Shown piece after piece: positions 9,359 to 19,102 of a DNA stretch of 64,000 bases. The notes beneath the pieces were generated by a model that saw only the letters and a list, made by a program, of their open reading frames with translations, did not search any database and was not told where the DNA came from. The stretch comes from an uncultured Chloroflexia bacterium. Lineage in GTDB: Bacteria; Chloroflexota; Limnocylindria; Limnocylindrales; CSP1-4. The DNA lies in assembly GCA_963813535.1 (NCBI GenBank), contig CAWEZH010000003.1, positions 864,001 to 928,000 on the forward strand. The letters run 5' to 3'. Positions within the stretch are counted from its first letter, which is position 1, and every line of letters starts with the position of its first letter. The position numbers and the translations under genes were made by a program.

Positions 9359-10551
9359 ATCCCGGCACCGTGGACGTCGGTGGCCGGATCCTTCGTCCGC
9401 CCGAACGCCACCAGCGCCGCAGCGCTGATCAGACAGAGCAGCGCGTTGCCGGCCATCGCGATCGGGAGTCCGACGGTGACCGACAGGAAGCCGATAGCCG
9501 GCGGATAGATGATCGATCCGACGACGGCGAACCCGACGAGGGTGCCGCCGACCGCGGCGGACCGTGCCGGGTAGCGCTCGCCGCCCAGGGCCACGATCAT
9601 CGGGAACACCGGACCCGACGCGACACCGGCGAGGCCGAACAGCGCGATCGAGAGCGGCAGCGTTGGAGCGGCGACGGCCAGCCCGGTGGCCAGTCCCATC
9701 AGCACGGCACACACGATCGTGAACCGCAGGTGGTCGAACCGGTCCGCGATCACGGAGGACAGCAGGCGACCGACCGTCGCTCCGGCCCAGATCAGAGAAA
9801 GCGCCAGCGTCGCGGTCGCGAGCGGTGCGGGCTCCAGGAACCGGACGACCCAGTTCGAGACGCCGATCTCGGCCGCGACATAGCTCGCGATCGCCAGGCC
9901 GAGGAGGACCAGGGGGACGGACAGCAACCGTCGGCCGATCGTCAGGCCGGTGGGGGACGGGACACCGGCCGGGTCACGTCGCCCGCTCGGCATCGGCACG
10001 ATCGCGTAGGCGATCGCCAGCCCCGCGAGTGGCGCGGCGGACAGCAGCATGATCGCTTCCCAGGTGACACCGGCCTCGACGGCGCGACCGACGACCAGCG
10101 GCGCGAGCAACGCGCCGACACTGAATGACACGTGCAGGAGATTCATCGCCCTGCCACGACCCTCGCGATAGACGTCCAGGACAAGACCGTTCGATCCCCC
10201 GTCCAGACAGCCGGCCCCGAGTCCAGCGGGGAGCATCGCCGCGACGAACAGCGGCCAGCTCGGGGCGAGCCCGAGGCCGGCGATGCCCACGCCGTGCAGG
10301 ACAGCCGCGCCCGCCAGGACCGTTCGTCGGCCGACCCGCTCCATGATCTGGCCACCCAGGATCGAGCCGGCGGCATAGGCGACCGCATACGCGAAGTACA
10401 CGACGCCGATGCCCGCGTCGTTCTGGTCGAACGCGTCCTTGATCGACCGGATCAGCGACGGGACCAGGAGACCCGTCCACCCGATGACCAGGAGGGTCAG
10501 GCTGCCGACGATGCCGGCCGCGAGTCGACGGTCGGGGGTCGTCAGGGTCAC
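9352..10551 (-). CDS. MFS transporter (fucose permease-like)
   Basis: About 12 TM segments; GQIMERVGRR motif A; MNLLHVSFSVG; YVAAEIG. Confidence 0.85.
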   Translation of the reverse strand: MTLTTPDRRLAAGIVGSLTLLVIGWTGLLVPSLIRSIKDAFDQNDAGIGVVYFAYAVAYAAGSILGGQIMERVGRRTVLAGAAVLHGVGIAGLGLAPSWPLFVAAMLPAGLGAGCLDGGSNGLVLDVYREGRGRAMNLLHVSFSVGALLAPLVVGRAVEAGVTWEAIMLLSAAPLAGLAIAYAIVPMPSGRRDPAGVPSPTGLTIGRRLLSVPLVLLGLAIASYVAAEIGVSNWVVRFLEPAPLATATLALSLIWAGATVGRLLSSVIADRFDHLRFTIVCAVLMGLATGLAVAAPTLPLSIALFGLAGVASGPVFPMIVALGGERYPARSAAVGGTLVGFAVVGSIIYPPAIGFLSVTVGLPIAMAGNALLCLISAAALVAFGRTKDPATDVHGAGMA

Positions 10552-10647
10552 CCGACGATGCTATCGATGGCAGCCGGGCGATGGAGTCTCGTCCCGCACG
10601 ACGTACGCGGGTGGTGCTCTGCCGCGCCTTGGCCGACCGCAGTTCGA

Positions 10648-11790
10648 CTACCCGCGACCCGCGAGCACGCGCTCCATCACCGCCCGCGTCGGCGGCAGGC
10701 GGCTCATGATCGGTAGCCCGAGATCGCGAGCCGGGCCGAGCCAGCCACGACTCGACTGGAAGAACGGGCTCAGGGCGCGGCTGAGCAACGCATAGCGGAC
10801 GTTCTGGAACCACCGGCTCCGATCCCAGTGCGCGAGGGCGCTCGCCAGGTCGGGTGAGGCGCGCAACGACGCTGCGAGCGCGGCCGCGTCGAGCAGTGCG
10901 AGGTTGGCACCCTGGCCGAGGTGGGGCGGCGACGCGTGCGCCGCATCGCCGATGAGCACGATCCGGGACGTGTGGGTCCGTCGAACGGTGGCGTGGCCAT
11001 ACCGCGCCAGCAGGAGTCGGTCGAAGCTGCCGATGGCCTCGAACACCTCACCGGCTTCGGGCAGCACCGCACCGACGCGCCCGACCAGGTGCGGGAAGCC
11101 GGCCGTCCGCCACGACTCCAGGTCGCTCGCCCGGAGACCCCAGAACACGGCGGCCTCCCGAGGGCCGACGGGCAGGTGACCCGCAAGGAGACCCACGCCA
11201 CGCGCCTGCTGGTGGAGGACGTGCGCGCACGCGTCGGACGTCGGACCGATCCCCCACAGCGCCGCGAACGGTGACAGGACGAGTCGGGCGTCGGGGTCGA
11301 CGGACCGCCGTACGGCTGAGCGCATGCCGTCGGCTCCCACAAGCAGATCGCATGTGTCGAGCTCGGCGCCGCCGAACGCGACCGGTACGACGGCGTCGGG
11401 ACGCTCGCGGCCGCTGGCGATCCGGATGCCGGTCCCGATGCGAACGCCGGCGTCCAGGGCGGTCGCCTGCAGAGCCGTGAACAGTCGGCCGCGCGAGACC
11501 CCGAGGGCATGGGCCGCCGGGTCGCCTCGATCGTAGCGGAACTCCGACAGGATCCGCCCCGGAGCGGACTCGGCGCGGAAGCGCCGGATCGGCCAGGCCG
11601 ACGCCCTGACCTCGTCCAGGAGCCCGATCCCGGCCAGCACATCCTGGCCGGATGGCTGCAGCAGGAAGCCCGCACCGACCGGGCCGAGCGCCGCAGCCTG
11701 CTCGTAGACCGTCACCTCGTGGCCATCGCGTGCAAGGGCGATCGACAGGGCAGCGCCACCGATCCCGAACCCAGCGATCGCCACGCGCAT
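10648..11790 (-). CDS. FAD-dependent monooxygenase
   Basis: GFGIGG, LVGADG, LIGDAAH…PHLGQGANLA. Confidence 0.88.
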   Translation of the reverse strand: MRVAIAGFGIGGAALSIALARDGHEVTVYEQAAALGPVGAGFLLQPSGQDVLAGIGLLDEVRASAWPIRRFRAESAPGRILSEFRYDRGDPAAHALGVSRGRLFTALQATALDAGVRIGTGIRIASGRERPDAVVPVAFGGAELDTCDLLVGADGMRSAVRRSVDPDARLVLSPFAALWGIGPTSDACAHVLHQQARGVGLLAGHLPVGPREAAVFWGLRASDLESWRTAGFPHLVGRVGAVLPEAGEVFEAIGSFDRLLLARYGHATVRRTHTSRIVLIGDAAHASPPHLGQGANLALLDAAALAASLRASPDLASALAHWDRSRWFQNVRYALLSRALSPFFQSSRGWLGPARDLGLPIMSRLPPTRAVMERVLAGRG

Positions 11791-11940
11791 GGACGCGAAT
11801 CCTCATGTCGATTACCTGTTACTGAACGGTAGCACGATATCTGGTGAGCAGTGTCGGGTATCGTGAGGGAAGCCCACACGTCGTTCTGGCACGGACCCGC
11901 GCCAGTCCTGCGCACCACCCCCGTCCGACCGGGAAGAGCC

Positions 11941-13761
11941 ATGGACCACGAGCCCGTACTCATCTCGACCATCGCCATCGGCCTGACCGCCGCGTTCATC
12001 GGCGGCTTCGTCGCGCGCCGGTTGGGACTGCCCACGATCGTCGGCTACATCGCTGCCGGCGTGGTGATCGGACCATTCACGCCGGGGCTCGTTGCCGATC
12101 CCGCCATCGCGACCGAGCTCGCCGAGGTCGGCGTGATCCTGCTGATGTTCGGGGTGGGCATCCAGTTCTCGTTCCGGGAGCTGCTCGCGGTCCGCTGGAT
12201 CGCCATCCCGGGGGCGCTGATCCAGACCGTCGTCGCCACTGCCCTGGGCGTGTGGTTGGGGTCCGCGCTCGGATGGGGTATGGGCGGCGGTCTCGTCCTC
12301 GGCCTGGCGCTGTCGATCGCGAGCACGGTCGTGCTCCTGCGTGCGTTGGCCGACCGGAACGAGGAGGACACCACCCAGGGTCACATCGCGGTGGGCTGGT
12401 TGATCGTGGAGGACCTGCTGGCCGTGCTGGTCCTCGTCCTGCTACCGGCGCTGGCTCCCGCGCTCGGCGGCACGTCCGGTGCCGGCGGTGCTCCGCCCGA
12501 CCCGGCGGTCGAGGTCGCGCTGGCGCTCGGCAAGGCCGCCGTGTTCGCGATCCTCATGGCCGTCGCCGGGGCGCGGATCGTGCCGTGGCTGATGCTCGCG
12601 GTCGCGCGGCAAGGCTCGCGCGAGCTCTTCTCGCTCGCGGTGCTCGCCATCGCGCTGGGACTCGCCTACGTGTCCTCGAGCGTCTTCGGCGTGTCCTTCG
12701 CGCTGGGTGCGTTCCTGGCAGGTGCGGTCGTCGGCCAATCGGACATGAGCCACCAGGCCGCGGCCGATGCCCTGCCCCTGCGCGACGCCTTCGCCGTCCT
12801 CTTCTTCGTATCGGTGGGCATGCTGCTCGATCCCACCTACCTGCTGGCCAACCCGCTGGCCGTGCTGGCCGTACTTGCCCTCGTGATCGGCGCGAAGGCG
12901 ATCACGAAGTTCGTCATCGTCGCCGTAGCCGGCTATCCACCGCGTGTCGCCCTGACGGTGGGGGCGGGCTTGGCGCAGATCGGCGAGTTCTCCTTCATCG
13001 TCGGGACGATGGGCCGCAACCTCGGGCTGCTGCCCGAGGACGGCTATCAGCTGATCGTCGCCGGTGCCCTGCTGTCGATCACCATCAACCCGTTCCTGTT
13101 CCGGCTCATCCCACCCCTGGAGCACAGTCTCCGGGACACCCGCGTCATCAAGGCCCTCATGGAGCGGCGGGCCGGCGAGCTCGCCCGCCTGCCGTCCGAG
13201 GAACAGGAGGGCCTTCGGCAACACGCCATCATCTGCGGCTATGGCCGCGTCGGACGGCTCATCGGGCCGGCGCTGGAGCGACGGGGCTTCCGGTATGTGG
13301 TCATCACCCAGCAACGGGACGAGGTGGATCGCCTGCGCTCGCGGGGAGTCCCCGCGATCTACGGCGACGCGTCCAATCCCGACGTGCTGGAGATGGCCGC
13401 GATCCACACCGCGCGGCTGGTCGTGGTGGCGACCTCGGAGCCGAACGAGACGCGGCTCATCGTCGAACGCGTCCGGGAACGCAATGACAACGTCGACATC
13501 GTCGTCCGGACGCACAACGACTTCGAGGCGGCGCAACTCCGTTCACTCGGGGCCAAGGTCCAGGTAGTGCATGGCGAGCGCGAGCTGGCGGTGCAGATGG
13601 CGCGCTATGCGCTGCGCAGGTTCGGTGTCAGCGCGACAGAGGCGGAGGCGATCGCCCAGGGGCTGCGTGGCCGCTCCGTGGCCCCGGCCACGTCGCGTCC
13701 GGGCTATGCGTCAGGGCTCCTCGAGCGACTTCGGCAGCGGTTCAGCGGCCGACGAGCGTGA
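11941..13761 (+). CDS. CPA2 cation:proton antiporter with TrkA-N domain (YbaL/Kef-like)
   Basis: LAEVGVILLMFGVG, GWLIVED, LAQIGEFSF, C-terminal ICGYGRVG. Confidence 0.9.
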   Translation: MDHEPVLISTIAIGLTAAFIGGFVARRLGLPTIVGYIAAGVVIGPFTPGLVADPAIATELAEVGVILLMFGVGIQFSFRELLAVRWIAIPGALIQTVVATALGVWLGSALGWGMGGGLVLGLALSIASTVVLLRALADRNEEDTTQGHIAVGWLIVEDLLAVLVLVLLPALAPALGGTSGAGGAPPDPAVEVALALGKAAVFAILMAVAGARIVPWLMLAVARQGSRELFSLAVLAIALGLAYVSSSVFGVSFALGAFLAGAVVGQSDMSHQAAADALPLRDAFAVLFFVSVGMLLDPTYLLANPLAVLAVLALVIGAKAITKFVIVAVAGYPPRVALTVGAGLAQIGEFSFIVGTMGRNLGLLPEDGYQLIVAGALLSITINPFLFRLIPPLEHSLRDTRVIKALMERRAGELARLPSEEQEGLRQHAIICGYGRVGRLIGPALERRGFRYVVITQQRDEVDRLRSRGVPAIYGDASNPDVLEMAAIHTARLVVVATSEPNETRLIVERVRERNDNVDIVVRTHNDFEAAQLRSLGAKVQVVHGERELAVQMARYALRRFGVSATEAEAIAQGLRGRSVAPATSRPGYASGLLERLRQRFSGRRA

Positions 13762-15580
13762 TCCCGGTGATGCGCGCGTAGTTCGAGAACCACGTGTCGC
13801 GGTGGATCAGCTTGCCTGACCGATCGCGGACCGATCGCGTGACCGAGACCTGGAACCCGGCGACGGGGTACTCGATCCGCTTGGCGGACCCGCTCGGCAG
13901 GCTCGAGGTGTACTCGATCGTGTCGGTCGCACTCCGGAAGTTGCGTTTCGGACCCGTGGCGAACTTGACCGAGCGACCGTTCGGGACGCTGAAGATCTCG
14001 AACTTGACGTAGCCGGCGCCGCCCTTCCGGTAGCCCAGGCCACGGATGAGCAGCGGGTAGTTCGTGTCATTGGTGAACGACATCGTCTGTTTCGAGCCCG
14101 AGGCGCTGATGAAGACCGTGGCGTCGAGCCCGACCGGGTAGCGGTCGATGTAGTAGTAGTGGTTGCGCCGGGCGCCCATCTCGTACCCCGCCCGGGCGGC
14201 AGCGTTGAACAGCGTCGTCGAGCAGGAGCAGATCCCGCCGGCGAGCGCGCCCTGCGGCTCCGTGCGGCCGTTGATGATGGCACCACCCGACCGATAGCCC
14301 TTGGCGCGGTTGACCGTGCCGACCGCATTCCAGAAGTCGAACGTGGCACCCGGAGCGACGACGTAGCCGTTGATCAGGCGAGCGGGGATCCAGATATTGG
14401 CGCCGAAGCCATTCTTCTCGCTGATCGGGAAGAAGGTCGTCCACTCGGAGATCTTGCGCATCTTCGAGCGCGCCTTCGCCGCCTCGGCGGTGGTGAGGGC
14501 CGGCTGGAGGACCTTGAGCGTCGGGGCGAGTGCGGTCGTCGCCGCGCCACCGGCGCGCGCCTGCAGCAGGTCCTCGACCTGCTTGTGGGTGGCAGCCAGA
14601 TCGAGCTTGTAACCCGTCCGGCTTTCGGTCACGCCGGTGATGCGCGCCCCGCTGGTGGTGTACGACGCATTCACCGGCGAGCGGTTCACCTTCTTGGCGA
14701 TGCTCTTGAGGACGGTGTCCAGGGCCTTCGTGTCGACGTCGACCCCGTAGCCGCCGTCGGCGGTCGGCGCGAAGCTCAGCCACGTGCGAAGGCGAGACGC
14801 GCCGATGAGCTGCTCGTTGCCCTTGATCGAGAGCTTGATCGGCGAGGCGATACGGTCGGCGTCGGTCTTGGCGGTGGTCGCCTCGTCGGTGGAGACGGCC
14901 GGCTCGATGACCTCGACCGGGAGGTCATAGGTCAAGTCGGTCGGCGCCGTGAGCTCGCCCAGATCGCCGAGGGCCGCCTCGATCGACGTGGCGGGATCGG
15001 GGACGCGTCCCTCGATGGCCGGCACGACCGAGAACGTCCGGCCCACGAGCGACACCCATGCATTCTTCGGCTCGCGCGCGATCGAATCGGAGAAGCCGAG
15101 GACGCGCTCGGCCAGCAGGTCGGCGTCGAACGTCACCTTCGGCGACAGCGACACGCCGCGGAGCGCCGTCTGGGCGTCGGCGACGACCCGTTCGACCGGG
15201 TTGCCTTCGCGACCGACCGAGAGTGCCTCGGCGACCATCGCCTCGACGTCCGGCCCGCGCCCGATCTCCTCGAACGTCACGGTCGTCTGCTTGCCCTGGC
15301 TGCGGAAGGTGACGGAGCCGTCGCCGAGGTAGCCGTACACCTGGCGGATGGCGGCACCGGCCGCCACGGCGTCAAGGCCGGATAGGTTCAGCGAACCGAC
15401 CGACACACCCGGCAGGACTCGCCCGACGTACTGCTGGTCGTAGGCGTAGAGGGCACCGGACCCGATCGCCATCGATGCGAGCAGCCCGACGAGGAACGCG
15501 ACGCCGAACCGGAGACGCGTCGAGGGACGCGGCGTGTCGGGCGCCGGGATCAGGACCGTATCGGGCGTGGTCGTGGTCAT
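13742..15580 (-). CDS. VanW family protein with N-terminal anchor and putative peptidoglycan-binding repeats
   Basis: INGYVVAPGATFDF, AGGICSCSTTLFNAA, RRNH, YPVGLDATV. Confidence 0.82.
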   Translation of the reverse strand: MTTTTPDTVLIPAPDTPRPSTRLRFGVAFLVGLLASMAIGSGALYAYDQQYVGRVLPGVSVGSLNLSGLDAVAAGAAIRQVYGYLGDGSVTFRSQGKQTTVTFEEIGRGPDVEAMVAEALSVGREGNPVERVVADAQTALRGVSLSPKVTFDADLLAERVLGFSDSIAREPKNAWVSLVGRTFSVVPAIEGRVPDPATSIEAALGDLGELTAPTDLTYDLPVEVIEPAVSTDEATTAKTDADRIASPIKLSIKGNEQLIGASRLRTWLSFAPTADGGYGVDVDTKALDTVLKSIAKKVNRSPVNASYTTSGARITGVTESRTGYKLDLAATHKQVEDLLQARAGGAATTALAPTLKVLQPALTTAEAAKARSKMRKISEWTTFFPISEKNGFGANIWIPARLINGYVVAPGATFDFWNAVGTVNRAKGYRSGGAIINGRTEPQGALAGGICSCSTTLFNAAARAGYEMGARRNHYYYIDRYPVGLDATVFISASGSKQTMSFTNDTNYPLLIRGLGYRKGGAGYVKFEIFSVPNGRSVKFATGPKRNFRSATDTIEYTSSLPSGSAKRIEYPVAGFQVSVTRSVRDRSGKLIHRDTWFSNYARITGITLVGR

Positions 15581-15718
15581 GGAGGCGCCATCCTAGCAGC
15601 CGAACGCAATCGCTCCGCGTGGTCCGAAGCGCTCTGAAGACGCCCGATCATGGTCAAAGGTGACGCTCCGCGCTGGTGGTTGCGGTGCGGCGATCCGCCG
15701 CGACCGGATCGTGTGGCG

Positions 15719-16726
15719 TCAGCCGCCGCGGGGCACGAGCACGACGCGCCGGTTCGGCTCCTCACCGATCGACTGCGTCGCGACACCCGTGTGGTCGCGC
15801 AGGGTGAGGTGGATCCAGCGACGCTCGAGCGCCGGCATCGGCTCAAGCTGGAGCATCTTGCCGGTCTCCATGACACGCGCCGCGGCGCGGTCGGCGAGCT
15901 CGCGGAGCTGGCGCTCGCGCCGTCCGCGGTAATCCTCGACGTCCACCAGGACGCGTGTCCACGAGCCCATCTCCTTCGACAGCATCAGGTTCACGAGATG
16001 CTGGAGTGCAGACAGACGCTCGCCCTTGCGCCCGATGAGTGCGCCGAGCGAGTCGCGATCGTCGCCCTGGGCGACGACGTTGAGCCGACTCGTCTCCCCG
16101 GCGGCGACCTCGACGGTCGCTGCGAACCCGAGATGGCCCATCAGGGTCTCGAGGATCCGCTGCCCCGCGGCGAGCGCCTCGGGCGAGGCCTCTGCGGCCT
16201 CGAGATCGGCTCGTTCGGATGCCAGCGAGCCTCTGGCTGCGGCGACCTCCGCCGCCTCCGACGCGGATACGTCGCTGCCACCGCGGCTCGGGCGGGCTCC
16301 GCGGTCGTCGCGGCTGGGAGCGCGATCGTCACGCGGTCGATCGTCACGACCCGGGGCGACGTCGGCGGTCTCTCGAGGTCGGTCGTCGCGCCGGGGTGGG
16401 CGGTCGGGCCGGTCGCGTCGCGGTCCGCGGTCGTCGCGTGGACGGTCGTCCCGCCGGGGTGGGCGCTCTCGATCGTCGTACTCACGAGGCGGCGCGGGCG
16501 GCAGCGGCTGGGCTGCCGCGGCGTCACGCTTCGGCGCGGCGCCACCGAGGGCCGTGCGTGGCGCGGCCACGATCCTGGCGGGCTCCGCGCCCATGCCCAG
16601 CACGCCCCGGCTACCCGGGGTGAGGATCTCGAAGTCGAGGTCGTTGAGCTCGGCTCCGAACTCATCGCGGGCCGTCTTGAGGGCCTCCTCGACGGTCTTG
16701 CCGGTGAACTCCTTGTACGCACTCAT
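15719..16726 (-). CDS. khpB: RNA-binding protein KhpB/Jag/EloR
   Basis: Jag_N FTGKTVEEAL, KH LIGRKGERL, R3H ERRWIH; next to yidC. Confidence 0.93.
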   Translation of the reverse strand: MSAYKEFTGKTVEEALKTARDEFGAELNDLDFEILTPGSRGVLGMGAEPARIVAAPRTALGGAAPKRDAAAAQPLPPAPPREYDDRERPPRRDDRPRDDRGPRRDRPDRPPRRDDRPRETADVAPGRDDRPRDDRAPSRDDRGARPSRGGSDVSASEAAEVAAARGSLASERADLEAAEASPEALAAGQRILETLMGHLGFAATVEVAAGETSRLNVVAQGDDRDSLGALIGRKGERLSALQHLVNLMLSKEMGSWTRVLVDVEDYRGRRERQLRELADRAAARVMETGKMLQLEPMPALERRWIHLTLRDHTGVATQSIGEEPNRRVVLVPRGG

Positions 16727-16728
16727 GG

Positions 16729-17895
16729 TCAGCGTCGTCTCCCTCGTCGGCCCTGGCGTCCGCGTTCGCGTCGGCGGATCGTCTTTTCGGCCGTGGTCTT
16801 CTTGTCAGCGTCGGTCAGGATGGCCGCTCGCTTGCTCGGGTCAGGGGGTGGTGGCATGGCCACCGGGAAGCGCGGGGTGTGGTCAGCCGCGAACGCAGGA
16901 GTACGGCCGAAGAGCGGGAACATGGAGCCCCAGCCCACGATGAGGTACTGCTGCGCGATCGAGAAGATCGTCGCCACGATCCAGTAGATGAACAGGCCCG
17001 CCGGCAGGAAGCCGCCGTACACGACCGAGATGAGCGGCAGGAACAGCATCATCTGGCGCTGGATGCGGGTGTTCGGGTCGTCGTTGGTCGGGTCGGCCGC
17101 CGGCAGCATCATCCGCGACTGCACGAGCTGCAGGAGCGCGGACACGATGGCGAGGATGCTGATGCCGAACCCGGCGACCGCGAAGATCGTCGATGGCTTG
17201 CTCACATCGATCGACGTACCGAAGAACGGGATGACCGTCTCGATGCACGGACCGAGCGCCGCGCTCGGCATGCCCGTGGCCGGGTCGATGTTCGTACAGG
17301 TCAGGGGAACGACCTGGACGCCGCCGATCGTGAGCATGGCGGTCGGGTCGACGTTGGTCAGCCCGTTCTGGATGACCGAATACATGATGAACAGCAGCGG
17401 GAGCTGGAGCAGCAGCGGAAGGCACCCGGCCAGGACATTGACGCCCCGTTCCCGCATGAGCTCCTGTTGGGCGAGGCGGGCCTTCATGGCGTCGCCCTTG
17501 AACCGCTTCTGGATCTCGCGCAGCTCCGGCTGGAGGAGCTGCATCCGCCGCTGCGAGACCAGTTGCTTGCGGTACAGCGGGATGAGCACCGCCCGGACGA
17601 CGAGCGTCAGCGCGACGATCGCCCAGGCGATCGCGCCCGGGAATCCCAGGTTGTAGAGGAATTCGTAGACCGCGACCATGACGATGAACATCGCCTGGAA
17701 GATCGGCGTGAACAGCCAGGCGAGGAGGCTGACCGGATCGGCACCGGGCGTGGCTGGGGCCAGGGGCGGCGCGGGTGGGGTCGGCGATGCGCCCGGTCCT
17801 CCCGGGACGCCGGGAACGCACGCGACGACGAGCGGGATGATCACGGCGATCGCGAGCGCCGGCAGCATCCGGCGCACGGCGGGGGACAGGGTCAC
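16729..17895 (-). CDS. yidC: Membrane protein insertase YidC
   Basis: MQLLQPEL, AGCLPLLLQLP, PAGLFIYW; origin-region synteny. Confidence 0.93.
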   Translation of the reverse strand: MTLSPAVRRMLPALAIAVIIPLVVACVPGVPGGPGASPTPPAPPLAPATPGADPVSLLAWLFTPIFQAMFIVMVAVYEFLYNLGFPGAIAWAIVALTLVVRAVLIPLYRKQLVSQRRMQLLQPELREIQKRFKGDAMKARLAQQELMRERGVNVLAGCLPLLLQLPLLFIMYSVIQNGLTNVDPTAMLTIGGVQVVPLTCTNIDPATGMPSAALGPCIETVIPFFGTSIDVSKPSTIFAVAGFGISILAIVSALLQLVQSRMMLPAADPTNDDPNTRIQRQMMLFLPLISVVYGGFLPAGLFIYWIVATIFSIAQQYLIVGWGSMFPLFGRTPAFAADHTPRFPVAMPPPPDPSKRAAILTDADKKTTAEKTIRRRERGRQGRRGRRR

Positions 17896-17910
17896 GGGCG
17901 GGCGGCCTCG

Positions 17911-18117
17911 CTAGCGGACCGGGTCATACCCACCCGGGTTCCATGGATGACATCGGGCGATCCTCTTGGCCCCCATCCAGCTCCCCTTCAACAAGCCGTA
18001 CTTCATGATGGCCTGCTCCGTGTAGTGCGAGCACGTCGGCTCGAACCGGCACGACGGCGGGAGCCACGCGAAGACGATCCGGTAGAGCTTGATGGCCCCG
18101 ATCCCGATCTGCTTCAT
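17911..18117 (-). CDS. yidD: Membrane protein insertion efficiency factor YidD
   Basis: CRFEPTCS…[13 protein letters not shown]. Confidence 0.95.
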   Translation of the reverse strand: MKQIGIGAIKLYRIVFAWLPPSCRFEPTCSHYTEQAIMKYGLLKGSWMGAKRIARCHPWNPGGYDPVR

Positions 18118-18449
18118 CGCGCGATCCCTCCGAGCACGCCGCCCCGGACGAGCGTCCGCTGCAACGCTCCGACCAGCGCGTCATGGTCGGCGCCGACGAT
18201 CGCAGGCCGGGCGATGATGAGGACGTCCCAGCCGGGCTGGAACGAGGGCGCCATCACCCTGAGCGCCTCTCGGAGTCGTCGGCGGACCCGGTTCCGGACC
18301 ACCGCACTACCCAGCCGGCGTCCGGTCGAGATCCCGAAGCGGGTCGTCGTGAGATCGGTCCGAAGGAACCGGGCGGAGAGCAGGGCGTGGGACCGTGTCG
18401 TTCCCTTCTCCTGGATCGCCGCGAAGTCCTTCGGTCTGGAGAGCATCAC
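18114..18449 (-). CDS. rnpA: Ribonuclease P protein component
   Basis: [25 protein letters not shown] (RNR motif); start uncertain. Confidence 0.92.
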   Translation of the reverse strand: MMLSRPKDFAAIQEKGTTRSHALLSARFLRTDLTTTRFGISTGRRLGSAVVRNRVRRRLREALRVMAPSFQPGWDVLIIARPAIVGADHDALVGALQRTLVRGGVLGGIAR

Positions 18450-18481
18450 GAGTCGCGGCGACGGAATGCCGCGATCGCCTG

Positions 18482-18616
18482 TCAGGCCGTCAGTCGCTTC
18501 CGACCCCGAGCTCGCCGCGCAGCCAGGATCCGGCGGCCCGCCGTGGTCTTCATGCGGGCACGAAAGCCGTGTTCCTTGGCACGATGGCGCTTCTTGGGCT
18601 GGTAGGTCTGCTTCAT
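18482..18616 (-). CDS. rpmH: 50S ribosomal protein L34 (absent from ORF track)
   Basis: Manual translation: [44 protein letters not shown]. Confidence 0.97.
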   Translation of the reverse strand: MKQTYQPKKRHRAKEHGFRARMKTTAGRRILAARRARGRKRLTA

Positions 18617-18733
18617 CCGGGCGGTCCTGCGATCCTCTCGATCCGACCTCGGGGACGGTCGCTCCGACTTCCCCTAGAGGCACGCAAACGCGCCGGTGCC
18701 ACACAGGACACATGGCGCGTCGTCGTCCGGCGG

Positions 18734-18763
18734 ATGATAGGTCGGCCCCAGATCGGGTGTCAA
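18734..18763 (-). promoter_or_regulatory. rpmH promoter TTGACA-N18-TATCAT
   Basis: Near-consensus -35 and -10 elements. Confidence 0.7.
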
Positions 18764-18880
18764 ACGCCTCCGTGGGGTGATGACGGGGCGTCCGGGCGAG
18801 TCCGGGAGCTCGTCGGGCCGATCCGGACGAGTCGTCGACGGCTTCGCACGTATACCCCTAGGGAGTATGCGCGAATCGCC

Positions 18881-18910
18881 TTGCGACTCCGTCTTGGCCG
18901 GTGCTATCCT
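18881..18910 (+). promoter_or_regulatory. Putative dnaA promoter TTGCGA-N18-TATCCT (extended -10)
   Basis: Spacing and TGn motif upstream of dnaA. Confidence 0.55.
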
Positions 18911-19102
18911 CTCCGGGCCCTCGGCGCCGGAGACGTTCGCGGGAGACGCCAGCAGGCCTCGTGGAGGGGCGCAGGCAGCGGTCGTCCGGCCTCGTCGGAT
19001 GGATGTCGATCGGACGTCCCACCGCCCGCGCGCCACGACCGAGACCCCTGGCCGCCGCTCATCATCAATGCCGTCAACCCCGAAGCAGGTCCTATCGAAC
19101 GA

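Noticed and set aside
18395-19102. Long N-terminal extensions of DnaA and RnpA in the ORF track
   Set aside because: They overlap rpmH and promoters; family homology starts at 19103 and about 18449.
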